DNA of 64,000 bases from a virus (Duplodnaviria; Caudoviricetes), in IMG/VR virus record IMGVR_UViG_2842447887_000002, positions 930-64,929 of that record; one strand, given 5' to 3'. A program made the translations under genes and the position numbers. Of this stretch, positions 35,968-46,279 are shown piece by piece; position 1 is the first letter of the stretch, and the number at the start of each line of letters is the position of its first letter. A model generated the notes under the pieces. It worked only from the letters and a program-made list of their open reading frames with translations, was not told the origin of the DNA and did not search any database.

Positions 35968-36147
35968 ATGGGGCATCCGCCGAGCGCCGTCTGGTCGTAC
36001 ACGCCGCGGCAGATTGCCGGCTTTCTCGATTTCGCATCGGCCCGGTTGAAGCGGGAACAGGCGCGGGATCTGGCGATCGGCTTCTCGGCGGCGCGCGGCA
36101 AGCCGCAGGATGTGAAACAGCAGATGAAGGACCTGCAGCGGGAATGA
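35968..36147 (+). CDS. Tail assembly chaperone gpT-like ORF (in the -1 frame of gpG)
   Basis: GHPPSAVWSYTPRQ motif; frame open upstream across the gpG 3' end. Confidence 0.6.
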   Translation: MGHPPSAVWSYTPRQIAGFLDFASARLKREQARDLAIGFSAARGKPQDVKQQMKDLQRE

Positions 36148-36806
36148 CGCTCAAACTCCTCTTCCGGGCCGTCAAGGGCGAATTCGAGCAGGCGCTGCGG
36201 GAAAAGTACCAGCCGCTTGCCGAAGCCGGGCAGGAGACGATCCAGGAGATCGCCGACCAGATCAAGACCGCGGCGCGGCAGGATATTGCCTCGGCGGGCT
36301 TTTCGAAGCGGTGGCAGAACGCGCTGCGCGCCGACGTCTATCCGAAGGGCAAGGTGTCGCTGAATGCCGCGGCGCTGATCTACCACAAGATCCCTTATGC
36401 CGACGTGTTTGAAAGCGGCGCGACGATCAGCGGCAAGCCGCTGTTGTGGCTGCCGCTGAAATCGACGCCGAAGAAAGTCGGCCGCAACCGCATGACACCG
36501 GATCGCTTCATGCAGGCGATCGGGCCGCTGCAGCTGGTGCGGCGCGCCGGCGGCAAGCCGCTGCTGTTCGGCAAGATGAGCGTGTCGAAAAATCAGGCCG
36601 AGTCCGGCGATTTCGGCAATGTCACCCTGGCGAAGCTGCGCAAGGGTGCGGCAAAGACCGGGATTATCCGGGCGGTCCCGCTCTTCGTCGGCGTCGACAG
36701 TGTCAGGCTGCGCGATCGTTTCTCGATCAACGAAATCGTCGATCGGGCGGTCGACCGGATGGGCGAGGTGTTCGTCCAGAAGCTCGAGCGGAAAGACGTC
36801 GATTAA
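36144..36806 (+). CDS. Neck/tail-completion protein (DUF6441-like)
   Basis: Conserved alphaproteobacterial phage ORF: NALRADVYP, LWLPL, VPLFVGVDSVRL. Confidence 0.6.
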   Translation: MTLKLLFRAVKGEFEQALREKYQPLAEAGQETIQEIADQIKTAARQDIASAGFSKRWQNALRADVYPKGKVSLNAAALIYHKIPYADVFESGATISGKPLLWLPLKSTPKKVGRNRMTPDRFMQAIGPLQLVRRAGGKPLLFGKMSVSKNQAESGDFGNVTLAKLRKGAAKTGIIRAVPLFVGVDSVRLRDRFSINEIVDRAVDRMGEVFVQKLERKDVD

Positions 36807-37141
36807 GGCTTCATATGAAGAAGATCTTTGCGCTTCGTTCCACCGCTGCCGTATCGCGACCAGCCAAGCAGACAGACCAAATCAGGTGGGTTTTTCCTGA
36901 TTCCCCAAGGGTCCTTGGCGGTGCGGGTATTAATCTCCACAACGGCTGCTTCGACATCGATTTTGTTGAGTCTCAGCCCAAGCCCCAGCGCGTCCGTCTT
37001 TGGGAGTGCCAGTGATGGACAGATAGTCGAGATCAAATAGGCTTCGGCCATTTGATCAAGGAACTGGTCTTGTTCTTGCGAAAAGGCATTCGCCTGGGCC
37101 GCGGCGGCAAAAAACGCTGCTGCGAGAATGCAAGTTTTCAT
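36803..37141 (-). CDS. Secreted moron protein, candidate superinfection exclusion factor
   Basis: Signal peptide MKTCILAAAFFAAAAQANA; antisense to the late operon; AT-richer. Confidence 0.7.
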   Translation of the reverse strand: MKTCILAAAFFAAAAQANAFSQEQDQFLDQMAEAYLISTICPSLALPKTDALGLGLRLNKIDVEAAVVEINTRTAKDPWGIRKNPPDLVCLLGWSRYGSGGTKRKDLLHMKP

Positions 37142-37214
37142 TCCCCACCTCCATGCGCGGCGATCATGCCGAAAACAAACGCAATAGTCGAATAATAAAA
37201 TCGGATTACAATCT

Positions 37215-39970
37215 ATGGCGCGCAAGACGATAAAACAGCGAATTTCGCTCGACGGCGGCAAGGAAGTCGAAGCGCAGCTCAAGCAACTCGGCGCGGCCGG
37301 CGAAAACGCCTTCGACAGGATCCGCAAGGCGGCCGTCGGGGCGGATTTCGCCAAGTTCGGGCAAAGCCTCAGTGCCTTCGGCAACAACCTGCAGACGGTC
37401 GGGCAGCGCCTGGCGCTCGCCTTTGCCGGCGTCACGACAATAACGACGGCCGCGGCGGCCGGCCTCGCTCATCTTGCTCAGAGCGGCGCCGATGCTGCCG
37501 ACGCGGCCGGCAAGGCGGCCCAGGCGGCCGGCCTGCAGATCGATGCTTATGGGCGGCTCGCCTTCGCCGCCGAACAGAACGACGTTTCCGCTGAGGCGTT
37601 TGGCGCCGCCATGTCGAAGCTCAACAAGGCGATTGGAGAGGCGGCCGGCGGCAGTAAGGAAGCAAAGGAAAAGTTTACCGCGCTCGGCGTGTCGATCACC
37701 GATGCCAAAGGCAAACTGCGGCCGACCGAGGAGATCGTGCAGGATCTCGCCGGGGCGTTTTCGAAGATGCCGGACGGCGCCAAGAAGTCGGCGGCGGCTA
37801 TCGGGCTTCTGGGCAAATCCGGCGCATCGCTGATTCCCTTCCTGAATGAAGGCAAGGACGGGATCATTGAGCTTGGAAAAACGGCCGAACACCTCGGAAT
37901 CGTCTTCACCGGCGCACAAGCGGAAATTGGCGATGCGATGGGCGACGCCTTGGCCGAAGTCTCGAAAGCGTCGACTGGACTTAGAAACCAAATTGGCCTG
38001 CTGTTCGCGCCGACGATAACCGAAGGCGCTATCCGGCTGCGCGACGCGATCACCACCAATCGCGACGCGATCCTGGGCTTTGCCAAGAGCCTTGCCGATA
38101 CCGCACTGCCGATCGTCCAGGATTTCATCTCGGCGCTCGCCGGCGACGACAAGGCGGTCAAGAATATTTGGGTGCTCGACTGGCGCGACGCGGTTATAGA
38201 CTTCGGCAAGTCGGCGAAAGCGGCATTTACGGACATCATTGTTCCGGCGATCGCCGCTGTGAAGAAGGGTTTCGACCTCGCCGCCGGCTCGGTCAAGGCT
38301 CTTACCGGGATCAACATAAATGGAACAATGTTGGCGATCGCAATCGCCGTCGGCCAGGTCACCGGCGCCTTTCAGCTGTTGCGGTCGGCGATCGGCGTCG
38401 CGTTCGCGGCGCTGAGATTGTTTCAAACGAATCCGCTTGTTGCTGCCGTCTCGGTCGTGGCCGGCGGCCTCTTGCTATGGGCGACGCGCACCGATGCTGC
38501 CACAGCGGCGATGGAGCGTCACAACGAAGTCGTCGGCAAGATTGAAGAGGCTTACCGCAAAGCCGGATTGCAAGTCGCGAAGATGGCGCAGGATGTGCGC
38601 GATCGGCTGCTGATTGAAACCCGCAACGCCTTCAATCAAACGACGGCGGCGCTCGACGCCGCGACGGCTGATCTCAAACAATGGCTGGCGAGCCTTCCCG
38701 CCGGCGATGCGCTCCGGCCGATGATTGAGGCCTTTATTCAGGGCAGGAAATCAGTCGAGGAGTTGAACGCCGAGCTCGGCCGTTTCGGCGCGGCTAACCC
38801 TGAATTTGGACCGGATATCGAAGATATTCAGAAGCGCGTGACGGCCGTCGCGGATTTGACCGCCACGTTTCGAAAGCAGGGGAACGAGGTTCAACTGCTG
38901 CAGGGCACGATGAGCGATGCCGAATTTCAGGCGCGCAACTTCACCGCCGAGCAAAAGGCGATGGCCGCCGCGTCGGGCGAGGCGACGCAAAAGGTCGCCG
39001 AAACCAAGAAACAGGTCGAAGCGCTCGGCAAGACGATCACCGTCCATTCCTCGGATGGCGGCAAGCCGGTGCAGCAGACCTTCGACCTGGTCGACGGCGT
39101 CGCCAAGGCGGCAGAGGTGAGCAAAGACAGCCTCGACGGCGTTAGCGAAAGTGCGACGAAGGCCGGCGACGCTGTCGGCAAGGTCAAGGATGATATCTCG
39201 AACCTGATCATCCATGTGCCCGACGAGCTGAAGGGACAGCCAACGGTCGCCGATGCGATGACAAAGGGGCTGTCCGATGTTCCCGCCGCGGCGAAGGCGG
39301 CTGCCGATGGCGTGATCGCCGAGGTGTCGCGGGTGCCGCAGGCGGTATCAGGTGCGATTTCGGGCGGGGTGCAGCAGGGCACCGGCGGCCCGGGTGGCGC
39401 CGGCGGCACGGGCGGTGATGGCACACAGCAGCAGGCGCAGCCGACCGGCGGCATTGCCGATACGCTGGCCAAGCCTTTTGAGGAGGCGCGCGACCGGATC
39501 GCGGCGGCGCTGACATCCGTGCCGACGGCCGTCACGACGGCGCTGCAGACGGTGCAGGCGGCGGTGGCCGAAGGCGGCGCGGCACTCCGGGCACGTCGAC
39601 GAGTGACTCCATACCGGCCAGGCTGTCAGTGGGGGAGTTCGTCATCAGGGCGCGGGCGGTGCAGAAATATGGCGCCGAGCTGTTTGCGTTGCTCAACGGC
39701 GGTCGGCTGCCGGTCGATTTTTTCGATCGGCTCAAGTTCGCGGCCGGGGGTGCCGTCTCGGCGTTGACTGGCGGTATGAGCATGCCGCGGCTGGTGCCGA
39801 AGTTTGCTGACGGCGGGGCTGTTGCCTCCAGCGGCGGCCGGCCGATCCATCTGACCTTCGACGGCCAGACCTATCAGATGATCGCGCCCGAGGATGTCGC
39901 CGACCGGCTGGCCAAGCACCAAGGCCGGCAGGGCCTGCGCAAGGCCGGCAAGCAGCCGAGCTGGAGGTAA
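37215..39970 (+). pseudogene. Tape measure protein interrupted by a frame break near 39587
   Basis: TMP-like Ala/Gly helices in the frame from 37215; the conserved PGTSTSDSIPARLS.GEFV motif and C-terminus lie in a different frame from 39587 to 39970. Confidence 0.75.
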
Positions 39971-39976
39971 CGGGGC

Positions 39977-40408
39977 ATGGCAAACGAAACCGTTCTCGTT
40001 CTGACCGGCATCGGGGTCGCGCCCTATTCGGCGCGCGGCCTCGAGCAGAGCCTGCAGCCGATCGACGGCGCCGGGCAGCTGCGCCGCACCATCAACGGCG
40101 CGCTGGTCGATCTTTCGGAGACGCAGCTGCGGAAATTCACCTCGACGATCTCGGGAAGCGACCAGCTTTCGCCGGCCGTCAACGGGATCTGGCCGGGCAA
40201 GGTGGTGACCGTCGATTGCATTGCCGAGCTTTGTTACCCGACCTCGGGTGGCGCGCCGGACCGGTCGGTTGTTTCAGGTTCGTCGCGGGTCGAAGGGGCG
40301 ATGACCTATTACCGGCCGCAGCTGACGATGATGGTCACCGACTGGCAGATCAAGCGGGACGAATACCAGGCGCAGGTCTCCTGGACGCTCGAGCTTGAAG
40401 AGGTTTGA
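39977..40408 (+). CDS. Distal tail protein
   Basis: Position after TMP; LRRTINGALVDLS motif. Confidence 0.75.
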   Translation: MANETVLVLTGIGVAPYSARGLEQSLQPIDGAGQLRRTINGALVDLSETQLRKFTSTISGSDQLSPAVNGIWPGKVVTVDCIAELCYPTSGGAPDRSVVSGSSRVEGAMTYYRPQLTMMVTDWQIKRDEYQAQVSWTLELEEV

Positions 40409-40409
40409 T

Positions 40410-40604
40410 ATGGGTGCTCTGGCGGAAATGGTGGCCATTCGCGAAGCGATCGAAGAGCGCATGCGCGCGCTGAATATGACCGGCGAAATCAGCGTGACGT
40501 CCGGCGGCTCTTCGGCGACGACGTGGGTCGGCCAGCCGAGCGACGATGATGTCATCGTCGAAGTGCGTATTTCCAGAGAGGCCCGGAAGGGCAAGGCTGA
40601 ATGA
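40410..40604 (+). CDS. Small hypothetical protein
   Basis: Fills the gap; ATGA overlap with the next gene. Confidence 0.5.
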   Translation: MGALAEMVAIREAIEERMRALNMTGEISVTSGGSSATTWVGQPSDDDVIVEVRISREARKGKAE

Positions 40605-42358
40605 CCACCTACTATTTCGCATGGGTCGACGAGGCGGACAGCGATTTCGATATCGCTTACCTGCGCGAGGACGAGCAGGTCTTTGCCTTCGAAGTGTCGC
40701 AGGCCGAAGGGGAGTTTTCGGCGCTGACCGTCGATATCCGCAATCCCGAGGCCGGGCTGCTCAATCCGTCGCGCAAGCAATGGGCGTGGCTGTCGGCCGA
40801 TTTCGGCGACACGGCCGGCGGCCAGCCGTTGTTTTTCGGCCGGCTGGTCGGCATGCCCGAGGAGATCATCGGCAGGGCCGTGCGGCTCACCTTCTCCGCC
40901 CGGCCGTCCGATTTTGCCGATCGCAAGGCGTCCGCGGCCGCGGCCCTCAAGGTCGCGCCCTACTGGGATCCGGTCTGGGTCACGCCCGAGCTCGCCGACG
41001 ATCCGGATGCGGTGCTCGAAAGCCGCTCGGCGCTCTGGCATATCGACCGGGTGACGCATGCGGTGACCGCCTCTGACATCCTCGAGGCGGAAGACGGGCT
41101 GATCGATCTCGGCGACGACGTGCTGCGCGATTCGATCGAACTCTCCTTCGGCTCGCCGCCGGCGACGAAGATCACCTGCGAGGCGACGATCGGCTGGGAC
41201 CAGGCGGTGTCAGGCAGCTTCGACCTGAAGGCGGCGCTGCTCGCAGCCTTTGCGGCGGCCGGCACGTCTACTGGCGGTGTCATCTCCTCGTTTACGGGGC
41301 AGGGGCTGATGGAGGACTGGCCGGCGCCCGGCGCCAATATCGGCGGCGGCTGGTCGTTCGGGCAGAGTGCGATTACGCGGCTCGACGGTTCCGTGCTGCC
41401 GGACGATTTCCAGACGCAGATCTTCACCGGCAACGGATCCTGGGGGCAGAAGGCGAACTGGCCGTGCTGGAAGATGCTGCCGACGCTGATCGTCCGCTAC
41501 GACGTGTCGCGGACGCGGCGCGAGGTGGTGCGCTTCACGCTGACCTCGGACGCGCAGGCCTTCATCATCGATCCCGACGATTCCGAGCCGCTCGCGGTGA
41601 CGCTGTCTTCGGACCTCGTCGGCGAACCGGTCGATCCGGGCGAGGCCTTGCCGATCGGCTCGCGCCGGCGCCGCGCCTATTTCCCGACGACACGCGGACG
41701 GCAATCGCTCGATTATCTCGTCGCCGTCTGCCGGGCGAGGCTTCGCGGCCGGGCGCGCTCGGTCGAGATCAAAGGCGAGACGCGGTTGTCAAACGGCGCC
41801 GGCTTCTCCTGCCGCAAGGCGATCCGCATCGAGGACCAGCGGCTGCCGGGAGGATCGGCGACCGGCAAGATCATTTCCTATTCGCTGAAGATGGACGGCG
41901 ACAGCGGCGAGGCGCTCGCCTCCTTCGTCATCGGCTGCTCGGTCGGCAAGGGCAACCCGGTCTCGGATGCGACGGGAACGCCGACCTATGTCGAGGACGG
42001 TTATGTCGAGACCGGCTGGCAGCGCTACGAGGGAGCGTCGTCCTCGGTCGTTTCCGGCGAGGTGACGGTGTCCGACTATTCCAATATTCCGCCCAATGAC
42101 GACGGCCTCGACTTCGACCACCTGACGCAAGCGCAGGTGCTGGATTCGATTACCGTGTTCAACGGCGAAACGGAGCAGCGGGCGCTGATCAACGCGTTCC
42201 ACTCGTCCTATTCGGAAGTCGCCGCCGCGCTCGATCAGGCTTACACCGAGGTCGATCTGAAGCTGAAGCCGATTTCCAAGGGGCCATTCGAGACGGTCTA
42301 TGACATCACCGTCAGCGATCTGGCTCTCCCCAAAACCATCGATCTGGAAGCAGCCTGA
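40601..42358 (+). CDS. Tail tip/baseplate hub protein
   Basis: 585 aa, position in the tail module. Confidence 0.7.
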   Translation: MTTYYFAWVDEADSDFDIAYLREDEQVFAFEVSQAEGEFSALTVDIRNPEAGLLNPSRKQWAWLSADFGDTAGGQPLFFGRLVGMPEEIIGRAVRLTFSARPSDFADRKASAAAALKVAPYWDPVWVTPELADDPDAVLESRSALWHIDRVTHAVTASDILEAEDGLIDLGDDVLRDSIELSFGSPPATKITCEATIGWDQAVSGSFDLKAALLAAFAAAGTSTGGVISSFTGQGLMEDWPAPGANIGGGWSFGQSAITRLDGSVLPDDFQTQIFTGNGSWGQKANWPCWKMLPTLIVRYDVSRTRREVVRFTLTSDAQAFIIDPDDSEPLAVTLSSDLVGEPVDPGEALPIGSRRRRAYFPTTRGRQSLDYLVAVCRARLRGRARSVEIKGETRLSNGAGFSCRKAIRIEDQRLPGGSATGKIISYSLKMDGDSGEALASFVIGCSVGKGNPVSDATGTPTYVEDGYVETGWQRYEGASSSVVSGEVTVSDYSNIPPNDDGLDFDHLTQAQVLDSITVFNGETEQRALINAFHSSYSEVAAALDQAYTEVDLKLKPISKGPFETVYDITVSDLALPKTIDLEAA

Positions 42359-42774
42359 TGGCCTCGTTCGGAATTGCCAGCGGCAATATCTTTCACAATG
42401 GCGGCGGTGACGACGGCGAGCGCTTCCTTGCGCGACTGCTCGCCCGCAAGCCGAGCGAAGACCAGGATGCCGAGGCCGAGGTGCGCTGGGGCAAGGCGTC
42501 CGATTTCGTGTCGGCGCTGACGGGGCGGAAGTATCTGCCCGTGATCTCGATCATCAACTGGCCGGACTTCCCGGGCAATGACGAGGACGACAAGGAAGAG
42601 CCGGTCATCGACTGGCAGGAGCTGGCGCGCACGACATCCGACGTCCGGGTCGAGAACCCCGACGACAGTGATCAATACGTGATCGTGCAGCGGGTCGAGA
42701 CGATCACCTTCCAGACGCCCGAGGGAAAACGCATCCGGTTCATTTTCAATAACGCTGCAGCGGAGGAGGGCTGA
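42358..42774 (+). CDS. Tail tip protein
   Basis: Coupled ORF. Confidence 0.6.
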   Translation: MASFGIASGNIFHNGGGDDGERFLARLLARKPSEDQDAEAEVRWGKASDFVSALTGRKYLPVISIINWPDFPGNDEDDKEEPVIDWQELARTTSDVRVENPDDSDQYVIVQRVETITFQTPEGKRIRFIFNNAAAEEG

Positions 42775-43565
42775 TGCCGGGAACGGTCGACAATCCTGTC
42801 GTTCTCGACCCCTTCCGCACGATCATCGAGGTCGGCTGGAATTTCGTCACGCACATCGCGGTCAAGGTCCGGGTCGTCGTCGATAATCTGGGCGGGCATA
42901 CATCGGAACCGCTCGACGTGCCGAATTATGAAGACATCACCGTCACAATTCCGGATGCCGACTGGGGCCAAACCTGGCTTATCGTGCCGGCCGACTATGC
43001 CGCGCACCTGCTTTTTGTCGGGTCCGACGTTTATCAATCGAGCTATCAGCAACTTTTCGGGAAAGACATTCACACCGCAAGCGCCTGGAAAAAGAACTCC
43101 AGTTTGCCGGAGGGCGGAAGCTGGATCACGCTCGATGACGATGATTACACTTATACCGGCTTGCCCGACATGGAGGCCACGGGGCCGGTGAATATTCAGA
43201 TGCTCGCCAACAGCCCGGCTTACACGCCTCCGGTCACAGGATGGCAAGCCGAAGCGGGCGGCGCCGGCGACGGAATGCATATTCCCGGCGACGAAACCAA
43301 GATCTTTGATCAGGTTCCAAACCCGTCATGGCGGTTTTATTTGAATGCAATCTGGAGCGAAAGCCCATATTGGGCGCGCGGCCCGGGATCGTCGAAAGGT
43401 TACGGCGGTTATACGTCGCCCGTTGAAACGGACATCATCAACAAAGTCTTCTCCGACGCGACTTTCACAATCACCCACAAGAATCAGAATTACCGGCCGG
43501 TAGCGTCGTACTTCGTGCCAGGCGAACCTGACCTATGGGTCCTGCTGGAAAAACAAACCTCATGA
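42774..43565 (+). CDS. Tail-associated protein, candidate receptor-binding
   Basis: Trp/Tyr/Pro/Gly-rich; codon usage visibly more A/T-ending than neighbours. Confidence 0.55.
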   Translation: MPGTVDNPVVLDPFRTIIEVGWNFVTHIAVKVRVVVDNLGGHTSEPLDVPNYEDITVTIPDADWGQTWLIVPADYAAHLLFVGSDVYQSSYQQLFGKDIHTASAWKKNSSLPEGGSWITLDDDDYTYTGLPDMEATGPVNIQMLANSPAYTPPVTGWQAEAGGAGDGMHIPGDETKIFDQVPNPSWRFYLNAIWSESPYWARGPGSSKGYGGYTSPVETDIINKVFSDATFTITHKNQNYRPVASYFVPGEPDLWVLLEKQTS

Positions 43566-43572
43566 GCGCGCA

Positions 43573-44487
43573 ATGATCACCTATCGCACATCGGGCGCCT
43601 GGGGCGCCGGCAAAGGCTCCAATCTGACGCCGGCCGAGGTCGACGAGAATTTCAACGATCTCGACGGCCGGGTGAGCGAGCTCGAGGGCAATCCGCCGAC
43701 AGCCAACCAGATCGCCGACATCACCCAGGTCGGCGATCAGATCACGATCGTCATGGACGATGCGTCGACCTTCGGGCCGTTCACGCTGCCGCGGTCGCTG
43801 TCGCGGCCGTCGATCACCACCGCAGTCTCCGGCCTGACGCTGACGCCGGACCCGACGCAGATCGGCTGTTATTTCCGCTGCACCAACGATTCCGGCTGCG
43901 AGGTGACGATCAGCGACGTGCCGTCGGCCTTCCCGGTGGATTCCGAACTGTATTTCCGCCAGGAGAGCGACGAGCCGATCTCCTTCGATCCCGGCAGCAG
44001 CGTCACGCTGAATATCCCGACCGGATACAATGCCTTTTCCGCCGGCAGGGGCGCGGTCGTCGTCGCCAAGAAGGTCGGCACGCTGACCTGGGATCTCTAC
44101 GGCGACCTGGAACCATCAGGCGGCGCGAGCGCGGCCCCCTTCGAACTGATCGTCGCGGCGAGCGACGAAACGACCGACATCACCACCGGAACCGCCAAGG
44201 CGACCTTCCGCATGCCCGACGGCGTGACGCTCACCGCTGTCAGGGCCTCGCTCACCACGGCCTCGTCATCCGGCGTCGTCACGGTCGATATCAACGAGGG
44301 GGGCGCGTCGATCCTCTCGACCAAGCTCACGATCGACGCCAGCGAGAAGACGTCGACGACGGCGGCGACCCCGGCCGTGATCTCGGATGCATCGCTCGCC
44401 GACGACGCGGAAATCACCATCGACATCGACACGGCAGGCACCGGGGCGAAGGGCCTCAAGGTGGTGCTGATCGGAACACGGACCTGA
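43573..44487 (+). CDS. Tail fibre/adaptor protein
   Basis: GKGSNLTPAEVDENF N-terminus; ASDETTDITTG...FRMP C-terminal module. Confidence 0.65.
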   Translation: MITYRTSGAWGAGKGSNLTPAEVDENFNDLDGRVSELEGNPPTANQIADITQVGDQITIVMDDASTFGPFTLPRSLSRPSITTAVSGLTLTPDPTQIGCYFRCTNDSGCEVTISDVPSAFPVDSELYFRQESDEPISFDPGSSVTLNIPTGYNAFSAGRGAVVVAKKVGTLTWDLYGDLEPSGGASAAPFELIVAASDETTDITTGTAKATFRMPDGVTLTAVRASLTTASSSGVVTVDINEGGASILSTKLTIDASEKTSTTAATPAVISDASLADDAEITIDIDTAGTGAKGLKVVLIGTRT

Positions 44488-44493
44488 CCGATC

Positions 44494-45507
44494 ATGAGCT
44501 TCCTCGTCAATTCCTATCGCTTCGGCGGCGTGGCCGGTTCGGTGGGCGCGTCATTGGGTCTGGGAACCGCAGCGGGTGTTGGTGTGGCCGCATACGCCGC
44601 CGTTGGCGCGGCGTCCGGGGTTGGCGCTGCATCCGGGGTCGGCGCGTCAGAGGCGGCGTCGGTGGGTGCGTCAGCCGGCTTAGCGACCAGTGCGGCCACT
44701 GGCGCCAGCGAAGCGGCATCTGTTGCTTCGGCTGCGGGCAGTTCGACATCTGAAGCCGTAGCGCAGCTTCCCGGTGATGGAGTCGGCTCCTCCACTGGAA
44801 CCGGCACAGCACAGGCTGTCGGTGCATCCAGTGCGGACGCGACTGCCAGCGCTGCTGGTGCCGCCGCAGCTTCCAGCGTCGGGCGTGCTACCAGTGCAGC
44901 AGATGCCAGTGCCAGCGGCACAGGATCGGCCTCTGCGGTCGGTGCCGGGATCAGTTCGGCGGATGGAAGCGCGGCGGGCGTCGGCGCGGCCTCGGCAGTC
45001 GGCAGTACCCCCAGCTGGCAGACAAACGCATCCGCTTCACTCACGACAAACCAAACCGGTTGGACTGCCCTCACTCTGCGTCAGCAGATTTCGTCCTCGC
45101 AGATATCCAACACTGGCGGCTCGAAGGTACGTATCACTCTCAAGGCGTCGACGACTGCCGGCTGTGTCGTGGGTAAATGCTACATTGGCCATAAGGCCGC
45201 TAGCGGCGATGCGTATGACTTCGAGTCGACACCTACGCAAATCACGTTCGACGGCGGAAATGCAGGTGTTACGATTGCCACAGGCGGGACGAAGCTCAGT
45301 GATGAGATAAACTTCACGGTTCAAAACGGGAAGGATCTGATCATTTCGATCTACTTCAGCGGAGGCAGCGCCATTTCGAGAGCTGCTACCCTGACAGGTT
45401 GGCAAGGTTACTCGAAGGCTGGTGACGATGCGGTAACCGTCAATGCAACCGGGTACACTACCCAGGGCGCCGCTAACTGCATAACGCTCGTCGAGTCGTT
45501 GGTCTAG
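44494..45507 (+). CDS. Tail fibre-like protein with Ala/Ser/Gly repeats and a distinct C-terminal beta domain
   Basis: Low-complexity GASSASAVG-type repeats in the N-terminal half. Confidence 0.65.
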   Translation: MSFLVNSYRFGGVAGSVGASLGLGTAAGVGVAAYAAVGAASGVGAASGVGASEAASVGASAGLATSAATGASEAASVASAAGSSTSEAVAQLPGDGVGSSTGTGTAQAVGASSADATASAAGAAAASSVGRATSAADASASGTGSASAVGAGISSADGSAAGVGAASAVGSTPSWQTNASASLTTNQTGWTALTLRQQISSSQISNTGGSKVRITLKASTTAGCVVGKCYIGHKAASGDAYDFESTPTQITFDGGNAGVTIATGGTKLSDEINFTVQNGKDLIISIYFSGGSAISRAATLTGWQGYSKAGDDAVTVNATGYTTQGAANCITLVESLV

Positions 45508-45574
45508 GCGCACGCTTAACCCTGAAATTACCGAAACCCCAGAAAAATCTTCTACTTAGAGGAAAGGACAAGTC

Positions 45575-46003
45575 ATGTCTAAGGGCAATACTTTCGAAAA
45601 CGATCTGCTGAAGCTGATCTTCAATGCAACAGCGATCGCAAACATCGCCGACAATGCCGGATCATCGCCGTTGACCAATCTCTATGTGTCGCTGCACACC
45701 GCGGATCCTGGCGAAGCCGGCGACCAGACGACCAGCGAGGCGACTTACACCTCTTATGCTCGTGTCGCCGTCGCGCGCACTTCCGGCGGCTGGACGGTCA
45801 CCAATAATTCGGTATCGCCGGCCGCGAATATCGACTTTCCGGCCGCGACGGGTGGCACCAACACGATCACCCATTTCGGCATCGGCACGGCGTCGTCGGG
45901 CGCGGGTAAGCTCCTGTATTCCGGCACCGTCACGCCGAACATCTCGGTATCCAGCGGCGTCACACCTCGCCTGACGACCGCATCGACCGTCACCGAAGAC
46001 TGA
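45575..46003 (+). CDS. Phage tail fibre-associated structural protein
   Basis: ENDLLKLIFN, LYVSLHTADPG, YARVAV, ITHFGI. Confidence 0.75.
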   Translation: MSKGNTFENDLLKLIFNATAIANIADNAGSSPLTNLYVSLHTADPGEAGDQTTSEATYTSYARVAVARTSGGWTVTNNSVSPAANIDFPAATGGTNTITHFGIGTASSGAGKLLYSGTVTPNISVSSGVTPRLTTASTVTED

Positions 46004-46057
46004 CCGACGGCGTCGATCCGCGCGAAGCGATCGACCTCTCGGAATAGGAGCGTCCCC

Positions 46058-46279
46058 ATGAAACTGATTGCCGGATGGCGACGGGTGCTTCTCCGCGCGT
46101 GGAGCATTCGACTGCTGCTCTTGGCCGGCGCTCTGTCCGGCCTCGAATTCGCGCTTCCCTACCTCGACGGATATCTGCCGCTGCCGCCGCGCCTGTTTGC
46201 CGGTCTGTCCGGCCTGACGGTAGCCGCCGCCTTCGTCGCCCGCATCGTTGCACAGAAGGATTTCGACAATGGCAAGTAG
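46058..46279 (+). CDS. Holin
   Basis: 73 aa with two TM segments, WRRVLLRAWSIRL...ARIVAQ; directly upstream of the lysozyme. Confidence 0.75.
   Translation: MKLIAGWRRVLLRAWSIRLLLLAGALSGLEFALPYLDGYLPLPPRLFAGLSGLTVAAAFVARIVAQKDFDNGK

Noticed and set aside
35860-35970. Canonical -1 slippery heptamer for gpG/gpGT
   Set aside because: The T frame is open in -1, but no XXXYYYZ heptamer was found; frameshifting remains possible but unsupported
39570-39630. Programmed frameshift restoring a full tape measure
   Set aside because: No slippery site, and residues normally preceding the conserved motif are missing, which favours a deletion
42774-46003. Diversity-generating retroelement acting on tail fibres
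   Set aside because: No reverse transcriptase and no template/variable repeat pair seen
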